From: Anthoceros angustus
Taxonomy: Eukaryota > Plantae > Anthocerotophyta
Length of the DNA: 64,000 nt
Direction of reading: 5' to 3'
Assembly: GCA_010909165.1 (NCBI GenBank)
Contig: MU008165.1
Span: 1,922,001-1,986,000, forward strand
The position numbers and the translations under genes were made by a program. Below are positions 60,701-64,000 of this stretch, piece by piece. How positions within the stretch are numbered: the stretch's first letter is position 1; each line of letters opens with the position of its first letter. Under the pieces are notes generated by a model, which was not told where the DNA came from, ran no database searches, and saw only the letters and a list, made by a program, of their open reading frames with translations.

Positions 60701-61703
60701 CAACAAACTTGGCAACCTAAGTGGTCTGTAGACACAGGTTTTGCAGAAGCGGAGGTGAGTATCACACCGTGTCAAATTCAGTCAGTCCTTCACCAACAGT
60801 CCACAAAAAACCTCCGAATTACCTGTACAAGTCGCATTGCAGCGTTCCAGAGGGGGCCGGACTGGCAATACCACCGGCAGTCTCAACAATGGCCCACTTC
60901 TTCCTCAATGCATCACTCCCACCAGCCATCTTCCAAAGAAAACTCTTCACCGTCTGAACAACAGACGAATCGGACACCACGGTCGCCTCCTTCGCAGCAG
61001 CAAGGTGAGGCGAAACAGGATCATACCACGACCACACAGTCTCGCAAGATAGGCGAGAAGCAGAACCGGAACCAGCCTCCCTCTCCTTATCAAACCCTAC
61101 CACTTGCTCCTCATATCTGCTCAGGTCCACCATACCTTGGCTCTGCAACAGCCCCGGCTCCGGGAGCCTCAACGACTCGCCTCCACACTCCTTCATAGCC
61201 GCGTGCACAGCCGGAGAAACTTCCAGCGTGCGGTTGCTCAAAACGCATTCCTCTCCCCGACTCCCCACTCTCCTGCACACCTGCTCAAACACAAACCTGG
61301 CATCCGAGTCCTGCGGAAATCCTGTCTGCACAGGCTTCAAGTACAGCACATCCCTGCCCCGGCTTTGCTCCCTCTCCCTCTCCCCCTCGCTCCCGTCTTG
61401 CACTTCCCGTCCGAGAATCGACCCGGCCAGGCCGGCACACACCAGAGTCTTTCCAACGTCCGTGTTCGCTCCCCAGACAACGTAGGTCGGAAACGAGAGA
61501 TCCACCCCCTTGAGCTCCTGAGCCACAGCGTCAGCGTCAGCGTCAGCCTCCTCCTTCCGCTCCTCCTTCCTCTCCTCCAGCGCGCCCGCCCGGGAGCTCA
61601 GACCTCTCCCGAAGACACTGCAATGCCTCATGGCCGATTCCGCGACAAGCACCCGGGAGCGAGCGAGGCGAGCTCGCAGGAGAGGGGAGAGCAAGGCCGC
61701 CAT
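57732..61703 (-). CDS. BIO3-BIO1: Bifunctional dethiobiotin synthetase / 7,8-diaminopelargonic acid aminotransferase, mitochondrial-type
   Basis: WGANTDVGKT P-loop, YLKPVQTGFP, VETAGGIASP, WWPFTQH, QFDGCASWWTQG, YFSDNGSTAIEIA, SYHGDTLGA, and PLP-lysine motif DIACYAKLLTGG. All introns checked are GT-AG. Confidence 0.96.
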
Positions 61704-62117
61704 AGCTCGGGCACAGGAAAGCTCATTCGTGAAAAAGCAGCGGGAACAGCGCCGCCATCACCGGTCCATCGTCCAATTGCAGTTTGTCCAGTTCCCCAGT
61801 CCGACAGGCCACAGGATATGGATTCCAAGCCCACACGCTACCAGATTCTCACCAACTTGCGGCGGCTGCCGGTGGACTGTCGTACAGAGCGTTTGGCGTG
61901 AGTATATACATATGTCGGCTGAAGCTTTTCCGTAAAAGATAAAAGGAAACGGACAAAACCCTTGAAAGTCCGTTAGGTTACACTTCACATATCTACAACC
62001 TCCAACTTCTTCGGCACCTCTGGAAAGACTGTCACTCTCCTACTCAAAACGCCCACCACTTTGCGAGCCTTCTCGAGGTTATAAGCCTGCTGTATGTTGC
62101 GAGCTTTCTAACGCCTA

Positions 62118-62169
62118 GATTTTGTGCATCTTTTACAAAGAGGGATTTTGTGCATCTTTTACAAAGAGG
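62118..62169. repeat. 26-bp perfect tandem duplication in the divergent promoter region
   Basis: GATTTTGTGCATCTTTTACAAAGAGG at 62118-62143 and 62144-62169. Confidence 0.9.
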
Positions 62170-62586
62170 GTTTTCAATCGAGCTATTACAATATTATCTT
62201 GTGTTGGTAGTAGTATCTAAGATTGGAGGTTGAGCAATATAGTACTTATTAAACTATTTTTCATATTATTTTTGGAGCAATAATTTTAGTGAGATGAAAA
62301 AGTTTTGGGCAGTCTGACATATACAAAGTTGACAAATAACAAGTTGGATTTGAGGAAAGATATGTGGAACGTAGAATACATGGTTCTTTATTGCTTGTTG
62401 GAGCATTGAAAAATTTGTAGCATTTGGTTACCTTCTTGGTTACAACAGTACATATGTCATTTTTCGTAGTATGAAACAGTAGATTTTGTTCATGAGAACC
62501 TTGGAATCACTAGCCTCGATCATTAAGCAGAGGGAACAAGATAAGATGAATGCAAGTTGTGCTTCCAAAACTTATCCCGCATTATT

Positions 62587-64000
62587 ATGATGGTAGCAAT
62601 GCATAGTGGAATGGAACGCATGGAATACAAAGAATGGGGAGGTGGAGAAGTGTATCAAGGAGGGCATTTTGGGCAGGACGCATGCCAGCTAGATGAGGAT
62701 AATTTCTCTTCCCAGTTTGTGGCAATAGATACATTTGATGATGACATTGATTGGAATGGTACACATTCGTACACATGAAGTGCTTGAATGTACATGTGCT
62801 ACTCAAAGAATACAAAACTTTGATTGTAGCTTGTCTTGTGGACTTTGCTTTTACTTCGCGACCAAAACCTGAGGAGTTGTCTTGCATACTTTTTATGTAC
62901 TTTCTGATCATTATTGAAGAAGTGTCTTGCAAAATGTGAAGTCACTACTACAGTTACATTGCAATGTCTTGTGAAGTAGATTCTACTCACAACCATAATT
63001 GCATTTTTCTTTTGCAGACTGTGAAATTACTTCAGAAATACCACCTTTGCCAAAGTGTTCCCCAAAGATCTCCCCAATTATTGGAAAGACCAAAGTGTCT
63101 GCTCGAAAAAAGACCAAGAAAGGTCCTCCGCAATTTTCTTCTAAATCACATGTGGAGGAGGCAGCTTCGTCACAAGAGGACACCCAAGAAACTTGTGCAG
63201 CTTACGTAAAAAGCATTCACTCAAAAAGGAAGATTGAAAAAACAAGAAGTGTATTTCAAGGTAATAGACATGGCTTACTAGAAGCAGGCATTGCCCTAGT
63301 GCCTGCTTCGACTCTTGAAAAGCACGATAAAGCTATGAGAAAGTGTCCACAAGGTGCAAAACGGCCCCCACGTTCTCAACAAACTCAAGATACAAATGGT
63401 TATGAAGTAAGTATTATGGTTGATCATTATATTCATCAATTCAATGTTAAGAATTATCTTGAGTCCTGACTTAGTTTCCTATAAAATCTATGTAGATTTC
63501 TGCTGAAAGCTCTCCTTGGACCTATCCAATGGAGTATGATCAATGTTCTATAGCTTCATGCTCTAACTCTTCAGGAAGTTATCCAAGTAAAGATGATCAT
63601 TATCAGCGGAGTGGGATAGATATTGGTATCAGAGATACCATCAGTCGGGAGATTTGGGATTTAGCTGGAAAGGACCCTTCAACGGCGACACGTGACATGG
63701 ATGAAGTGTTGTATGCGACAAAGCTTCATTCTTCGAAAACATTAGAGCCAAAATGTAGCTCGCTTCAAAAAACAACTGCAAAGGAAGTAGACAACTATAC
63801 TCCAAAAGACAATCTTGCAGAAACAGAGAGTATCAAAAGCAATGAAAAAAGAAATCAAAAGACTGTTCAGTTCCAAAAACCAACACAAAATGGTAAGATG
63901 GAAACCACACAACGTCATGCCATTGTGAAAGGGTATACACGTAAAGGAAAGAACTCTACAACTATGCCTAGAACCGACTCCCTTGATTTGTGTATGAATG
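62587..64000 (+). CDS. Partial multi-exon gene, unknown Ser/Lys/Thr-rich protein, runs off the window
   Basis: Exons ~62587-62758, 63018-63406 and 63496 to beyond 64000 join in frame across GT-AG introns (phase 1, then phase 0 with GTAAGT). The third exon is stop-free for 168 codons. The start is uncertain. Confidence 0.65.

Noticed and set aside
6247-61703. A functional or biosynthetic gene cluster (e.g. PI-PLC with InsP6 transporter; GMPPA with DUF2064; SMU2, HUA1 and importin)
   Set aside because: The genes are unrelated housekeeping families, interleaved and separated by TE islands. No shared pathway logic is supported by the sequence alone.
39658-61901. Long antisense or alternative-frame ORFs over real genes (e.g. 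39658-40284, 46609-47361, 61104-61901)
   Set aside because: They are shadows of GC3-rich coding sequence or microsatellites and carry no independent motifs.
1-64000. CRISPR arrays, rRNA, tRNA genes and prokaryotic systems
   Set aside because: No repeat-spacer arrays or structural RNA signatures were seen. The only tRNA-related sequences are retrotransposon PBS motifs, and the DNA is intron-containing eukaryotic sequence.

Overview
Gene-dense land-plant nuclear DNA with short spliceosomal introns (mostly about 70-130 bp). The compact layout suggests a non-seed plant such as a lycophyte or hornwort/bryophyte; this is inference and the species cannot be determined here. I can support 13 protein-coding loci: a GMPPA/KONJAC-type GDP-mannose pyrophosphorylase, an intronless L2HGDH, a GPI-type PI-PLC X-domain protein, SMU2/RED, an ABCC5/MRP5-like transporter, a ~905-aa ARM-repeat protein, an intron-containing DUF2064/TIGR04282-like gene, importin alpha, an orphan Cys/His-rich ORF, a HUA1-like CCCH protein, a six-finger C2H2/EAR repressor, BIO3-BIO1, and a truncated unknown gene at the right edge. 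There are two TE islands. The first (1 to ~6.1 kb) holds decayed retroelement fragments. The second (~14.9-23.1 kb) holds a TSD-flanked Ty1/copia element with a 1.3-kb internal tandem duplication, nested antisense in the gag of an older copia. No rRNA, tRNA or CRISPR array was seen. The most unusual items are the bacterial-type DUF2064 gene with a degenerate C-terminal Asp motif, the microhomology-joined duplication in the copia element, the U-box-less ARM protein and the orphan ORF. I found no convincing multi-gene novel system. Exon boundaries were derived by hand from GT/GC-AG sites plus reading-frame continuity.
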